64,000 nucleotides of DNA, taken from a bacterium. GTDB taxonomy: Bacteria; UBA10199; 2-02-FULL-44-16; JAAZCA01. The stretch covers positions 576,001 through 640,000 of the forward strand of contig CAXXGI010000002.1 of the NCBI GenBank assembly GCA_963674695.2, given 5' to 3'. Numbering within the stretch: position 1 is the first letter of the stretch; the number at the start of each line of letters is the position of its first letter. Below are positions 8,067-17,208 of this stretch, piece by piece. The translations under genes and the position numbers were made by a program. A model generated the notes under the pieces. It saw only the letters and a program-made list of their open reading frames with translations, was not told the DNA's origin and ran no database searches.

Positions 8067-10457
8067 TCATTCCGACATCATGTGGGCGGCGTCGATGGGA
8101 AACGGTTCCTCGATATCGCTGAGCGCATTCGGTGCCGGCGGTTCGGCAGTGGGCTCCGCATAGTCCCGTTTGAGGATCTCCGCGTCGGCGGCGAAGTGGA
8201 TGTGGGCCTGATACGGCCCGCTGTGCAGGAGCACGGCCTCCTCGCCGGTGAAGAGGTCGAGTTCGGGGAAGAGGGTGATCGCCGCGCGCGACGTGCTCAC
8301 ATCGATGTGCGGGGTGAGATCCCGATCCGAGGGGTCCAGGTTCCAGGGGGCCAGGATCTGGAGCTTGCCGAAGCGTTGGCTTGTTCGAGTGAGCCCCGAG
8401 TGGATGAGCTCGACGAGGAGGCAGGCGCCCAGGATCTGCTTCTGGTAGAGCCGGTCGAGGAGGACGTCGACGAGATAGCGCTCCTCGTCCCGGCTCGTAT
8501 GAGGCTTGGCGCCGAAGTGCGTCGTGATCAGCGTGCGCGATTCCTTGACGACGTCCTTGAAGATCTCCTTGCTGGCCAACCAATCGTCGTGAATGGTGGA
8601 GCGCGCTGCGTTCGGCAGGCGCACTTCGCGGAAGTCGATGGCCGTGCCGAAGCGGTGGTCGCTGTCCTCGTCTTCGCGATAGGCGCTGCTGATGCGGACG
8701 TAGAGCGGGCTCTTCTCCGTTGCCCCCGCGCGTTTGGCCACGCGTGCGAGCACCGGTTCGATGGCGCGGGCCAGTTCCGGCGTGACGCGGTTGGAGGTCT
8801 TCTTCGCATACTGGCGCTTGCCGTCGGAATCCGTGCTCGTCACCGTGGTCATGTTTGCGGCGATGGTGAACGTCTTCCCTTCGATGGGCACGAGCGTATC
8901 GTAGTCGACCGGCGGAATATAGGTGCGGCTGACGTGTCGACTCAGGCGCCGTCCGATGAGCGTCCGTCGACGATGCGCACGCGCGCGCGGCCAGCTCTTT
9001 TTGATCCGCCGTGCGGCCTCGGCGCCGAAGAAGGAGATGAATCGATCGTATTCCGGGGCGAAGCCATCCTGCTTGAGGCAGAACTCGAAGCCGGTCTTGC
9101 GTTGCCCGGTGACGTGCAGCCCGTAGGCCAGGAGCAAAACGTCGTTGGGGTCCTCGCTCTTCACCTCCTTGGCGAGTTTGACGAGCGCATCCCGGTCTTC
9201 AAACCGGGCGGCCAGGAGGATGAGCTCCGATTGCTTGACCTCGTCGAGTTGTTTGGGATCCGCGCTCCAGGCCTCGAGGAGCAGGTGATAGTAGAGGCGG
9301 ATGCGCGAGGTGCTGTCGTTTTCAAACTTCCATGCGCCCCCGGTGTGGGTCGGATAGATGATCCCTTCGAGTTCCACCTGGCTTTTGAGTTTCGGCTCGA
9401 TCTCGTTCGTGCGCGTCTTTTCGAAGACGATCTCGAAGTCGCCCTCCAGAGCGAGATCGCGGCCGACGATGATGTCGAGCGCCGCCGGGAGCGCGACGAT
9501 CGATTCCTCGGTCTTCCCCCGCGGGCGTTCGCGGCGCCGCACGTTGGGATCGGTGGTGGCCACTTCGAGCGTGTCGGTCGTTCCCGGAACCCCGTTCATC
9601 TCCGGCAGGAGCAACGGGCGCATCTCGCCGCCGGCGATGCTCGCGCCCGTGCCGATGCCGGCGCGGTGCAGGTAGTGGAGCCAGACGGCGGAGAAGGCGT
9701 TCTCATCCCCGTGTCCGTGCAGCAGGACGTTGAGGGCGCCATGTCCGTTCATGTACGGCGCGTGGTGTCCGCAGGAGAAGATTCCCCCGCGGGTGAAGAG
9801 AAATCCGTAGACGAGTGCGGCGCGTTCGGCCGTCGGCGAGACCCCCCACGGATGGTCGAGCATCCGGCCGATGCCTTCGAACGATTTTGAGGGGCGGCTC
9901 TGCGGCAGCTTCTTCAGCCAGGCGTCGAAGATACGGTCGAGCGACTCGAGGCGGGCACCCGCGCGGCGGGCGAGCTTCAAGGGATCGGGGGCGGGCCCCT
10001 TCGGCTTCGATGCGCGTTCGCCGTCTTCGATCTCCGGCAGGCCGTCGATCACGATGTCGGTGGCCATCGGCGTGAGCTTTGCGTGTTCGGCCATGAAGAT
10101 CTGCATGGCCAGGACGAACGAGAGGATCTCTTTTTCCTGGATGGCCTTGTTGCGCAGGGCGCGGTAGTCGGCCGCGCTCTTCACGCCGCGCAGGATGTCG
10201 TAGTAGCGCGTGACCGTGCTCGGGCCGGGTTTCTTCTCCGGCGCCTTCGGCGCGGGCGTCGGTTTCGATGCCGCGGAAGGGTGCGGCGATGTGTGCGCGC
10301 CACGTTTCGGGACGTCCGAGATGAGCGATCTGACCGCGTCGATACCCTGCTTGATGAAGGAGGAACTTTTCTCCTGCGGCGCGGGATCTTCCTCGTGCGG
10401 CGTCGCGGCGACGGCCTGTCGAAGGAGGGCGGAGAGGGTCGTGCCGGTGATGGTCAT
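8067..10457 (-). CDS. Large orphan with C-terminal peptidase M15 (Zn D-Ala-D-Ala peptidase-like) motifs
   Basis: VRISSAYR...SDHRFGTAIDF (SxH-x6-D) and a distal HIH; ATGA overlap with the upstream gene. Confidence 0.7.
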   Translation of the reverse strand: MTITGTTLSALLRQAVAATPHEEDPAPQEKSSSFIKQGIDAVRSLISDVPKRGAHTSPHPSAASKPTPAPKAPEKKPGPSTVTRYYDILRGVKSAADYRALRNKAIQEKEILSFVLAMQIFMAEHAKLTPMATDIVIDGLPEIEDGERASKPKGPAPDPLKLARRAGARLESLDRIFDAWLKKLPQSRPSKSFEGIGRMLDHPWGVSPTAERAALVYGFLFTRGGIFSCGHHAPYMNGHGALNVLLHGHGDENAFSAVWLHYLHRAGIGTGASIAGGEMRPLLLPEMNGVPGTTDTLEVATTDPNVRRRERPRGKTEESIVALPAALDIIVGRDLALEGDFEIVFEKTRTNEIEPKLKSQVELEGIIYPTHTGGAWKFENDSTSRIRLYYHLLLEAWSADPKQLDEVKQSELILLAARFEDRDALVKLAKEVKSEDPNDVLLLAYGLHVTGQRKTGFEFCLKQDGFAPEYDRFISFFGAEAARRIKKSWPRARAHRRRTLIGRRLSRHVSRTYIPPVDYDTLVPIEGKTFTIAANMTTVTSTDSDGKRQYAKKTSNRVTPELARAIEPVLARVAKRAGATEKSPLYVRISSAYREDEDSDHRFGTAIDFREVRLPNAARSTIHDDWLASKEIFKDVVKESRTLITTHFGAKPHTSRDEERYLVDVLLDRLYQKQILGACLLVELIHSGLTRTSQRFGKLQILAPWNLDPSDRDLTPHIDVSTSRAAITLFPELDLFTGEEAVLLHSGPYQAHIHFAADAEILKRDYAEPTAEPPAPNALSDIEEPFPIDAAHMMSE

Positions 10458-13336
10458 TTGGCACCTCCCTTTTTGCCCACCGTCCCCTTCAGGGAGCTCG
10501 TACCGCTGCCGATCTGAACCTGTCCTTTGATGCGATGATTTTTTCCCTGATACGTGGCGCTGTCGGCGATGTGGAACGAGCCGGTGAACATGCGCCGGGT
10601 GATCGCGTAGGTCGCCCAGTAGACGAGCCCTTTTTTCGTGCGGCGCGTGCCGTAATCGCTCTGGGGAAGCGCGAGCGTCATCGCGCCCTTGCGCGCGATC
10701 TTGAGCCGTTGCGGAAACTGCGCCGACGCGTTCTGCTTTTCGAAGAGCGCGCGCTGCTCGTCATCGCCGTCGAGGTCGACGGCCAGTTCCACGCGGACAT
10801 CGTCGCCCAACGTCACGCGTTTCACGGCATTGTAGGCGCGGATGGATGTGGCCTGGGCGGGGATGATGGCGGTGCGGGCCTCGAACTGCGTCTCGTCGCC
10901 GACACCCTCGAGCTTACCCGAGAGGCTCGTGTCCGACACGAACGACGCCAGCGGCGAGAGCGACATCGGCACGGACACGGGGAACTCCATGCTCTCCTCC
11001 GGCATCGACATGGCCACCCCTTCCCCCTCCGGCGCGGTTGTCTTGGCGGCCTCATCTGCTTCCGGTTTCTTTGTCGCATCCGATGACGCCACCGCGGTTT
11101 TCGGCTTCGGTCGGGGCGGTGGCGGGTTTGGAATCATCATGGCCAGCCGGAAGGGATTCGGGTCGCCGCCGGCCAACAGAAGCCCCGAGGCCTTGACGGG
11201 CAGGTCGTAGGTGTAGCAGCCCTGATGGATCGCCATCGTGCCGTCGGAGAGGCGGTAGACGCCCTTCAAGAGGCCCATTCCCTCGATCAGGCAGATGCGC
11301 GCGTCGTCGACGAAGAGCTCCTGGCCGGGGCTGAAGTCGAGTATATCCTCTTCGCTTATCCGCGAGGCGCGTTCGACGTTCATCGTCACATCGCCGGTGC
11401 ACGGGTAGGCGTCGTAGTCCTCGTTGCGTTCGCACTGGCGCCGATAGCCGACGATGAACGGGGTCGTCTCGTCCATGAAATGGGAGAGCGCGGCGGCTTC
11501 AAAGGCGCAGTGGGCTTCGCCGTCGCCTTCGATCTGGAAGCGGACCTTGCCCTGTTCGAGGGTGAAACGGGCCTGATCGACCGTGAGCGCCAGGACGTTC
11601 TTTCCCGGGAGGGTGTAGCGCCCGTTGGAAAACCCCTGAAACGGCGGCAGGTCCCATTCATAGCGGTAGACCCCTTCGTCCTGCCCCGGGGTGACGTGCC
11701 GCTCGATGTCGCAGTCGCGCGTGACCTGGCGCTTCGGCGTGACGACCGTATCGAGCGCGTTCCAACTCAAATCGGCACCGCGGTCTTTGCCCTGCACGTA
11801 GAGCGTGGCGCCCAGGACCACCGGTTCGTCCTGTTTGTATGTCTTCTTGGTCAGACCGATGTCGTAGACGGTTACGCGGCTGGTGTCGTTGTGCACGTCG
11901 AAGTCGACGCGGAACGGGATGTCGCTCACCTCGATCTCGTGTTCGATCTCGAAGGTCATGCCCCGCTCGATGCCGTCGAAGGAGCAGTGGCCGTTCTGCG
12001 CGAGGTATTCCGGGACGGTGATGTCCATCCGATAGGTGCCCGTCGAGATCTCGCGCAACTCGTCGTGGGGATAACAGACCCGCATCGGCGTCGGCCTCTT
12101 CTCGAAGATGTCGACGGTGCAGTCGAAGCAGGCGCCGATATCGTCGATGTTGTGTGAGGTGATGTGCGGGGTGTGCTCCTCCGAGTCGGAATGGATGTAG
12201 AGGAAGAGCGAGATCAGCATGCCGGGGGAGACGGGATACTCCTTCGTGTGCCAGGGGTCTTCGTTGAAGACCGTCGAGACCTCCAGCTGGGAGGTGGGAT
12301 CGAGCGCGAGCAGCGATCCGATCGCGTTCGGCGTGATCCAGAAATCCTCGTGTCCCCAGCTGATGCCGTCGAAGACGGAGAGCCGCACGGAGATGGCGGC
12401 GGATTCCGTGTGCGGGACGAGCATCCGCGCGACCGATGCGTTTTGATCTTTCCACCGGATGCGCGAGGATCCCTCAAGGGTATGCCAGAAGAACTTGAGC
12501 GGCGTGCGCTTCTTGGGGTCCGGGTGCGCGTCGGGATCAGAGCTCTCGCGCCCGTCGAGCGTCACCCAGGTGCCGCGCAGGACCTTCTTCGGATAGACGG
12601 CCTTTGCCACCGGGGGTTGGTTTTCACGAATGTTGACGATGCCGCTGCCCAGGTGTTTGGGATCCTGGCAGGCCCAGATCAGTTCGCGAAATCGTTCGAG
12701 ATAGGCCTCGGGCGCATATGGGATCATGCTGAATGCCGTGTGGTGGACGTTATCCTCCCGCGAGGAGAGCACGGCATGCGGGTTGAAATAGCAGACCTCT
12801 TCGATGTTATCCGCGTTTTTTCCCATGTTGCGTACGAGGAAGGTGCGGGTGATCATTTCGAGCAGGGTGTCCGCCTTCGTATCGGCGGGTCCGAGCACGT
12901 TGATCTCTTCGCCGACGAGGTTGATGTCGAGCTTTCCGGCGTCTTTGAGGAGTTTGAGGCTCTCCTTCAGGATATCGTTGGTCCGGTTGGTGAGGCGCGC
13001 CCCGACCTTGTCCTGAAAGGAGATGATGCTGCGCGGTTCGAGCCCGAGTTCCCCGATCAGGAAGGAGATGGCGTGCTCGGTGCGGGCAAAATCGTCGGGT
13101 TCGCTCGCATGATCGCGGAAGATGGTCCAGCTGCGGTCGAGGATATCGCGGACGAACGCCCGTAAGGATTCGTTGTCCAGCTGTGGTCCCGAGGGCATGA
13201 AGTACTCTTCCTGCTCGGCCACGATCGCCAGCGGCATGTCGCCCGCGGACGGAGGACGTCTTTCAAGGTCCATGACCGAGATGTATCCCGGGACCTTCGG
13301 TTGGATGACGTCAGGTTTTTTTCCGCCAGCGTGCAT
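10454..13336 (-). CDS. Large orphan with a PKD/REJ-like Ig domain and Pro-rich linker
   Basis: NQPPVAKA...VTLDGRESSDPD...LKFFW...VRLSVFDG; SD AGGAG; no signal peptide. Confidence 0.72.
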   Translation of the reverse strand: MHAGGKKPDVIQPKVPGYISVMDLERRPPSAGDMPLAIVAEQEEYFMPSGPQLDNESLRAFVRDILDRSWTIFRDHASEPDDFARTEHAISFLIGELGLEPRSIISFQDKVGARLTNRTNDILKESLKLLKDAGKLDINLVGEEINVLGPADTKADTLLEMITRTFLVRNMGKNADNIEEVCYFNPHAVLSSREDNVHHTAFSMIPYAPEAYLERFRELIWACQDPKHLGSGIVNIRENQPPVAKAVYPKKVLRGTWVTLDGRESSDPDAHPDPKKRTPLKFFWHTLEGSSRIRWKDQNASVARMLVPHTESAAISVRLSVFDGISWGHEDFWITPNAIGSLLALDPTSQLEVSTVFNEDPWHTKEYPVSPGMLISLFLYIHSDSEEHTPHITSHNIDDIGACFDCTVDIFEKRPTPMRVCYPHDELREISTGTYRMDITVPEYLAQNGHCSFDGIERGMTFEIEHEIEVSDIPFRVDFDVHNDTSRVTVYDIGLTKKTYKQDEPVVLGATLYVQGKDRGADLSWNALDTVVTPKRQVTRDCDIERHVTPGQDEGVYRYEWDLPPFQGFSNGRYTLPGKNVLALTVDQARFTLEQGKVRFQIEGDGEAHCAFEAAALSHFMDETTPFIVGYRRQCERNEDYDAYPCTGDVTMNVERASRISEEDILDFSPGQELFVDDARICLIEGMGLLKGVYRLSDGTMAIHQGCYTYDLPVKASGLLLAGGDPNPFRLAMMIPNPPPPRPKPKTAVASSDATKKPEADEAAKTTAPEGEGVAMSMPEESMEFPVSVPMSLSPLASFVSDTSLSGKLEGVGDETQFEARTAIIPAQATSIRAYNAVKRVTLGDDVRVELAVDLDGDDEQRALFEKQNASAQFPQRLKIARKGAMTLALPQSDYGTRRTKKGLVYWATYAITRRMFTGSFHIADSATYQGKNHRIKGQVQIGSGTSSLKGTVGKKGGAK

Positions 13337-13363
13337 GAAATTCTCCTGTGGCTGTCTCTTTCA

Positions 13364-13390
13364 TTATCGGCAGGAGATTCGATTTGCTGT
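13364..13390 (-). promoter_or_regulatory. sigma28-like promoter ACAGC-N15-CCGATAA
   Basis: Perfect GCCGATAA -10 box on the minus strand, 28 nt upstream of ATG 13336. Confidence 0.75.
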
Positions 13391-13480
13391 GTGGTTTCTC
13401 GGATGGCGGGGAAAAAAGAGAAGACAGCTGTCTACATCGTCCATTGAATCGGATGGGGTCGGCCGTTTTGATGTGTCCCA

Positions 13481-14083
13481 TCAACGGGAGGCGTGGTGCC
13501 AGAGATTGCCGCGCGTCTTCGGCGGCGAAAAAAGCTCGTCGGAGATGCAGGTGGTGGAGTGTTTCGATTCGTTGAAGATCACGCGATAGGTCGTTTTGTC
13601 CCGGCGATCGGTGAGCTTGAGGATGATGTCGCGACGCCGATCCCCGTCGAGGTCGGCGGTCCCCAAAAGGACCTTCTTATAGATGTTCATATCGGCCACG
13701 GCTAGCGACGCCTGTCCCCCGGGGATGCGTCCGTCGGTCTCGGGGAAGACGAGCGCGGTTTGGGCGACGAGGACGAAGTGATCGTCGGTGCGTTCGAGCT
13801 TTACGTCGATGTCAGTGAAGGGGGTACACGTCTTGTTCGGGGAGGGGACGCTGTTGACAGCGGTCGTCTCACCGAAGGGAAAGTTTTCCGGGAGCAAGTG
13901 CTCGTCGATAAGGGCCATGGGGCTGAATCGGGGAAAAATCTCCGAATAACACTGCATGCCCTGGAGGCCGAGGGGGAGCATGAGTTCCAAATAGGGGGAA
14001 CAGGTCTTTCCTTCGATGAAGGTGCATTGCACGCGCCATTGCTGGTCGCTTTGGGAAAACTGGCATCCGGCAGGGAGCGTCAT
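13481..14083 (-). CDS. Orphan with an FG-GAP/Ca-binding DxDGD motif (paralog B)
   Basis: ADLDGDRRRDIIL; N-terminal LPAGC...VQC...KTC shared with the upstream gene. Confidence 0.65.
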   Translation of the reverse strand: MTLPAGCQFSQSDQQWRVQCTFIEGKTCSPYLELMLPLGLQGMQCYSEIFPRFSPMALIDEHLLPENFPFGETTAVNSVPSPNKTCTPFTDIDVKLERTDDHFVLVAQTALVFPETDGRIPGGQASLAVADMNIYKKVLLGTADLDGDRRRDIILKLTDRRDKTTYRVIFNESKHSTTCISDELFSPPKTRGNLWHHASR

Positions 14084-14098
14084 GACGACTTCCTTCCG

Positions 14099-14698
14099 TC
14101 ACAGGGGAAATGCGATGGGCCGGCAGGACATCCCCACCTTCACCTCGTTGATGAAGACGCGGAAGCTCACGTCGCCGTTTTTTGCGGTTCGTTTGACGAT
14201 GATATCCTCGCGCGCGTCGTCGTCGATATCGACGACGGCGATCGCGATGGCCCCAACGGTGTCGGCGTCAAACGATGCGATTATGACCTCATCTCCATTC
14301 GCCTCCATCATTTTGTTTGGCTGGGCGAAGATGCTGATCGAAGCTGATCCTCGCGTGTCGACCGAAGATCGGGTCGAGATCAGGATGTCCTTGAAGGCAC
14401 GGCATCCTTTGTCCTGGGTGCGCTTCGCATCGGCGACGGCGCCGAAGACCCTTCCGGAATCGCTGAAGATGAGGTTCGCGAGTCTCTCGCGCTTTACGGT
14501 GGTTTCCCGAAAGTGTAGGTCCAACTGGGCGCGCATGCTCTGGCCGTTCGGACAGAGCGGCCCCTCCTTCGATGACTGATGCTGATAGAGCGTGCAGGTC
14601 TTCTCTCGCCACGGCGATTGACACTGGACGTGAAAGGTTCCCGCGGGGCGGTAGCTGGTGGTGCAGCTCCCCGGCATGATGATCGGCCTCGGTTCCAT
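14099..14698 (-). CDS. Orphan with an FG-GAP/Ca-binding DxDDD motif (paralog A)
   Basis: Start reassigned to MEPRPII behind GGAGG; MPGSC...VQC...KTC; VDIDDDAREDIIV...FRVFINE. Confidence 0.68.
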   Translation of the reverse strand: MEPRPIIMPGSCTTSYRPAGTFHVQCQSPWREKTCTLYQHQSSKEGPLCPNGQSMRAQLDLHFRETTVKRERLANLIFSDSGRVFGAVADAKRTQDKGCRAFKDILISTRSSVDTRGSASISIFAQPNKMMEANGDEVIIASFDADTVGAIAIAVVDIDDDAREDIIVKRTAKNGDVSFRVFINEVKVGMSCRPIAFPL

Positions 14699-14729
14699 GT
14701 GACCTCCTGATGATGGCGTTCCTCTCTCT

Positions 14730-14757
14730 TCATCGCACAGAAGCGAGCATTTGTTGC
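14730..14757 (-). promoter_or_regulatory. sigma28-like promoter GCAAC-N16-GCGATGA
   Basis: Reverse complement of tcatcgc-16nt-gttgc, upstream of ATG 14698; spacer is one nt longer than in the other sites. Confidence 0.55.
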
Positions 14758-14896
14758 GATGAATTGCTGAAACGGTCGGAAAAATCCGCCAGAAAGGGCG
14801 GTCATGGGGGGGCGGCGATGTCATTGCCTCGTCACTGGCCGGGTCAGCTCCGACCCTCCCTGCACGGCAAACGCCGTCTCTGCGTCGATGGCGATC

Positions 14897-14912
14897 TGGC
14901 ATGAAAATTGCT
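14897..14912 (+). promoter_or_regulatory. sigma54 -24/-12 promoter
   Basis: TGGCATGAAAATTGCT = GG-N10-GC, about 100 nt upstream of ATG 15012. Confidence 0.7.
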
Positions 14913-15011
14913 CTTTTCTGCTCTCGTGGGGTATTTGTCATTTGGATTTTGTCATTTAGATTTTGCGGTACTCTGTTTTGTTGCGGATGAAGCTGGATCG
15001 GGGGAGGGGTC

Positions 15012-15437
15012 ATGGGTATCGACAAGAAGGATCTGCAGCGCATCATCGACAACCATATTCCGCCGGAGGATGCCGCCTCGACGGTGCGGCTTACGCGCGG
15101 GGACGAATCCATCGCGGTGCGCCGTGGCGACGACGGCACGGTGGAGGAGGTGACCTATCAGACCGCACAGGATGGATGCGATGTTTTCATCCAGAGCGAT
15201 CAGGTCATCGTGAGCGAAGGGAACGATCTGCGCTTCTACAAGGGCGATGCCCACATGGAGCGGTTCGTCACCGATGCGAGCGGCGAAGTGAAAAGCGCCG
15301 AGATCGACGCCGATCGAAAGACCCAGGACCAGAAGATCATCGACGGCGCCCGCGTCTGTTTCCAGCAGTTTCTCACCCACCCCGATGCGCTCGACGTCCG
15401 CGTCGCCCTCGCAGACGAAGAGATCCTGGAGCCGTAG
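15012..15437 (+). CDS. Hypothetical acidic protein (141 aa)
   Basis: SD GGGGAGG, codon usage consistent with a real gene, sigma54 site upstream. Confidence 0.65.
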   Translation: MGIDKKDLQRIIDNHIPPEDAASTVRLTRGDESIAVRRGDDGTVEEVTYQTAQDGCDVFIQSDQVIVSEGNDLRFYKGDAHMERFVTDASGEVKSAEIDADRKTQDQKIIDGARVCFQQFLTHPDALDVRVALADEEILEP

Positions 15438-15509
15438 AGCATCACCACAAACCGAATTCGTCGCGGCCAGCAGAGAGTGCGAGACATCGCCCGGCACGGG
15501 GCATGCCAG

Positions 15510-15799
15510 ATGATCAGGCCGGTTGGAAGACCTCATTTGTACGTTTCCGCAGTGCAGGCCAAACCCTTCCCTTCGTCGTGAGGGCGCGCTTCGCTCGCTA
15601 CCCCTTGCAAAAAATCCGTTGCCCTCATCACCATTGAGGATCCTCCTTCGTCGGCTCTCAATGTTGTGAGGCCAATCGGATTTTATTGCTTCGGGATACG
15701 CTCGTCTCGCAAACGCGCCTTGATACTCCTCCGGGAAGGGTCCGGCCTGCACTGCGGAAGAAGGGCTCAGAAATGAGGTCTTCCAACCGGCCTGATCAT
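15510..15799. mobile_element. 290-bp MITE-like foldback element
   Basis: Perfect 29-bp terminal inverted repeat ATGATCAGGCCGGTTGGAAGACCTCATTT; further nested stems (TTCCGCAGTGCAGGCC/GGCCTGCACTGCGGAA, CCCTTCCC/GGGAAGGG); no transposase. Confidence 0.75.
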
Positions 15800-15858
15800 G
15801 AACAGCTTATCGCATCGCAGGCCAAACGCTTCCCGTCGATGTGATACAGATCTCTTGA

Positions 15859-16006
15859 AGACAGCGTCCGGCAGTGTGTTTGGAGGGGATCTCTTCTTTC
15901 ATCGCAATCGAAGCCTCTAATGCTGCGATGAAAGAAGAAAAAGCCGTCGAGGCGGCGTTTGAGCCGAGATGGCGGTCCCCGTAAAACACACTGCCGGACG
16001 CTGTCT
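15859..16006. repeat. 98-bp structured core (15884-15981) inside perfect 23-bp inverted arms
   Basis: Arms AGACAGCGTCCGGCAGTGTGTTT and its reverse complement; core is 96/98 identical to 17235-17332. Confidence 0.88.
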
Positions 16007-16068
16007 CACTTGTGCTCCATGTTTTTCCGCGATTGACTCTCGTGCGTTGGCTGTGGTTCACTGGCGGC

Positions 16069-17142
16069 ATGACACCGACACTGAGCCTCTCTCGTTTTCC
16101 GACCGACATTGCGTTTGATTCGGCCGTCACCGTACTGGCGCATGCGCCGGGGTTTGTCGCCATCGATGGGCGGGGAGCCGTTGGGCGCGATGGCCGATTC
16201 TCCGTCGTGGCCAAAGCGCCCACGCGCACCTTTCGTCTCGCGGGCGGCTTCATCATCACCGATGGTCATCCCACGATCGATACGCCGGCCGAGGCGCTGG
16301 CGCGTTTTTTCGAGGAGACGGCGCGTTTTCCCTATGATGCCAATCTCCCGTTTTCGGGCGGGGCGATCGGTTTCGTCGGGTTCGAGGGCGCGGCGGCGTT
16401 GCGCGGGTTTGAACCGGCCCAGGGTTTTTCCCGTCTGCCCCAGTGTCAGTTCGGTATCTACGATACGGCATTCGTCTTCGATCATGCCGAGGGGACGGCC
16501 TCGATTGTTGTCGCCGCCTCCAGTGAATATGCGGCCAGGCGCCGTGCACTGGTGTTGGAGGATGAGGTCAACTCCTGGCGTCCTCCCGCAGGGCCGGAGT
16601 CGTTCGATCCGCTGGCCGCGCAGGAAATCCGCTCGTTCCCCGATACGAACACGTTGCGCGGGCTCGCGCACGATGCACACAGCTGGGTTCGTTCCGAGGT
16701 GCTCTCGCACGTCCACCTGGTGCGCCATCGCGAAACCCCGGCCGATGCGCGCAGCATCGTCGCGTCGTTCCTGCAGGCTTCGTCGTCCGGTTCGGTGCGC
16801 GCGCTTTTCATGCACGAAGGGGCGGGGTTCATTCTGGAATCCGGCGAAGGCGCCGTGCGCGCATACGGCGACCATGCGGAATGTACCGCGTCGTTCATCG
16901 GGCAGTTTCCGTCGGCAGCGCTTACCGGTGCGCCGCTCGATCGTGCCTATACCTTTCTGCATCGGCACGAATCGACGCATCGCCAGTTCTACGGCGGTGG
17001 TTTCGGATGCGTCGAAAAGGGCGCCTGCTCGTTTCGCACGACCCAGCGCGCCGAGATCTTCGCCGATGGACTCAAACGCACGACCTCCGGCGTCGACCTG
17101 ACGGCCTCGTCCGATCCCGCACAATGCTGGGTCATCTCCTAA
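16069..17142 (+). CDS. Degenerate, internally shortened TrpE/PabB (chorismate-binding) homolog
   Basis: GRFSVV, LPFSGGAIGFVGFE, FGIYDTAFVFDH, FPSAALTGAP, RQFYGGGFG, SSDP; central catalytic motifs not visible. Confidence 0.7.
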   Translation: MTPTLSLSRFPTDIAFDSAVTVLAHAPGFVAIDGRGAVGRDGRFSVVAKAPTRTFRLAGGFIITDGHPTIDTPAEALARFFEETARFPYDANLPFSGGAIGFVGFEGAAALRGFEPAQGFSRLPQCQFGIYDTAFVFDHAEGTASIVVAASSEYAARRRALVLEDEVNSWRPPAGPESFDPLAAQEIRSFPDTNTLRGLAHDAHSWVRSEVLSHVHLVRHRETPADARSIVASFLQASSSGSVRALFMHEGAGFILESGEGAVRAYGDHAECTASFIGQFPSAALTGAPLDRAYTFLHRHESTHRQFYGGGFGCVEKGACSFRTTQRAEIFADGLKRTTSGVDLTASSDPAQCWVIS

Positions 17143-17208
17143 AAGATTTGATTCCCCATTTTCCGTTTGGTCATACGTTCCATGCGTTGAAAGGGTCGGT
17201 TTCACGTG

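Noticed and set aside
5629-9890. Long plus-strand ORFs 5629..7536 and 8019..9890 (likewise 17171..19078, 20209..21603, 21749..23767, 30675..32492, 48416..50005, 54227..55651, 55648..57402)
   Set aside because: Antisense shadows of real genes, expected at high GC3; no motifs and no SD.
4290-15800. Prophage or genomic island explanation for the orphan block
   Set aside because: No integrase, terminase, capsid, tail or att repeats; codon style resembles the host and the promoter motif is shared with orphans elsewhere in the window.
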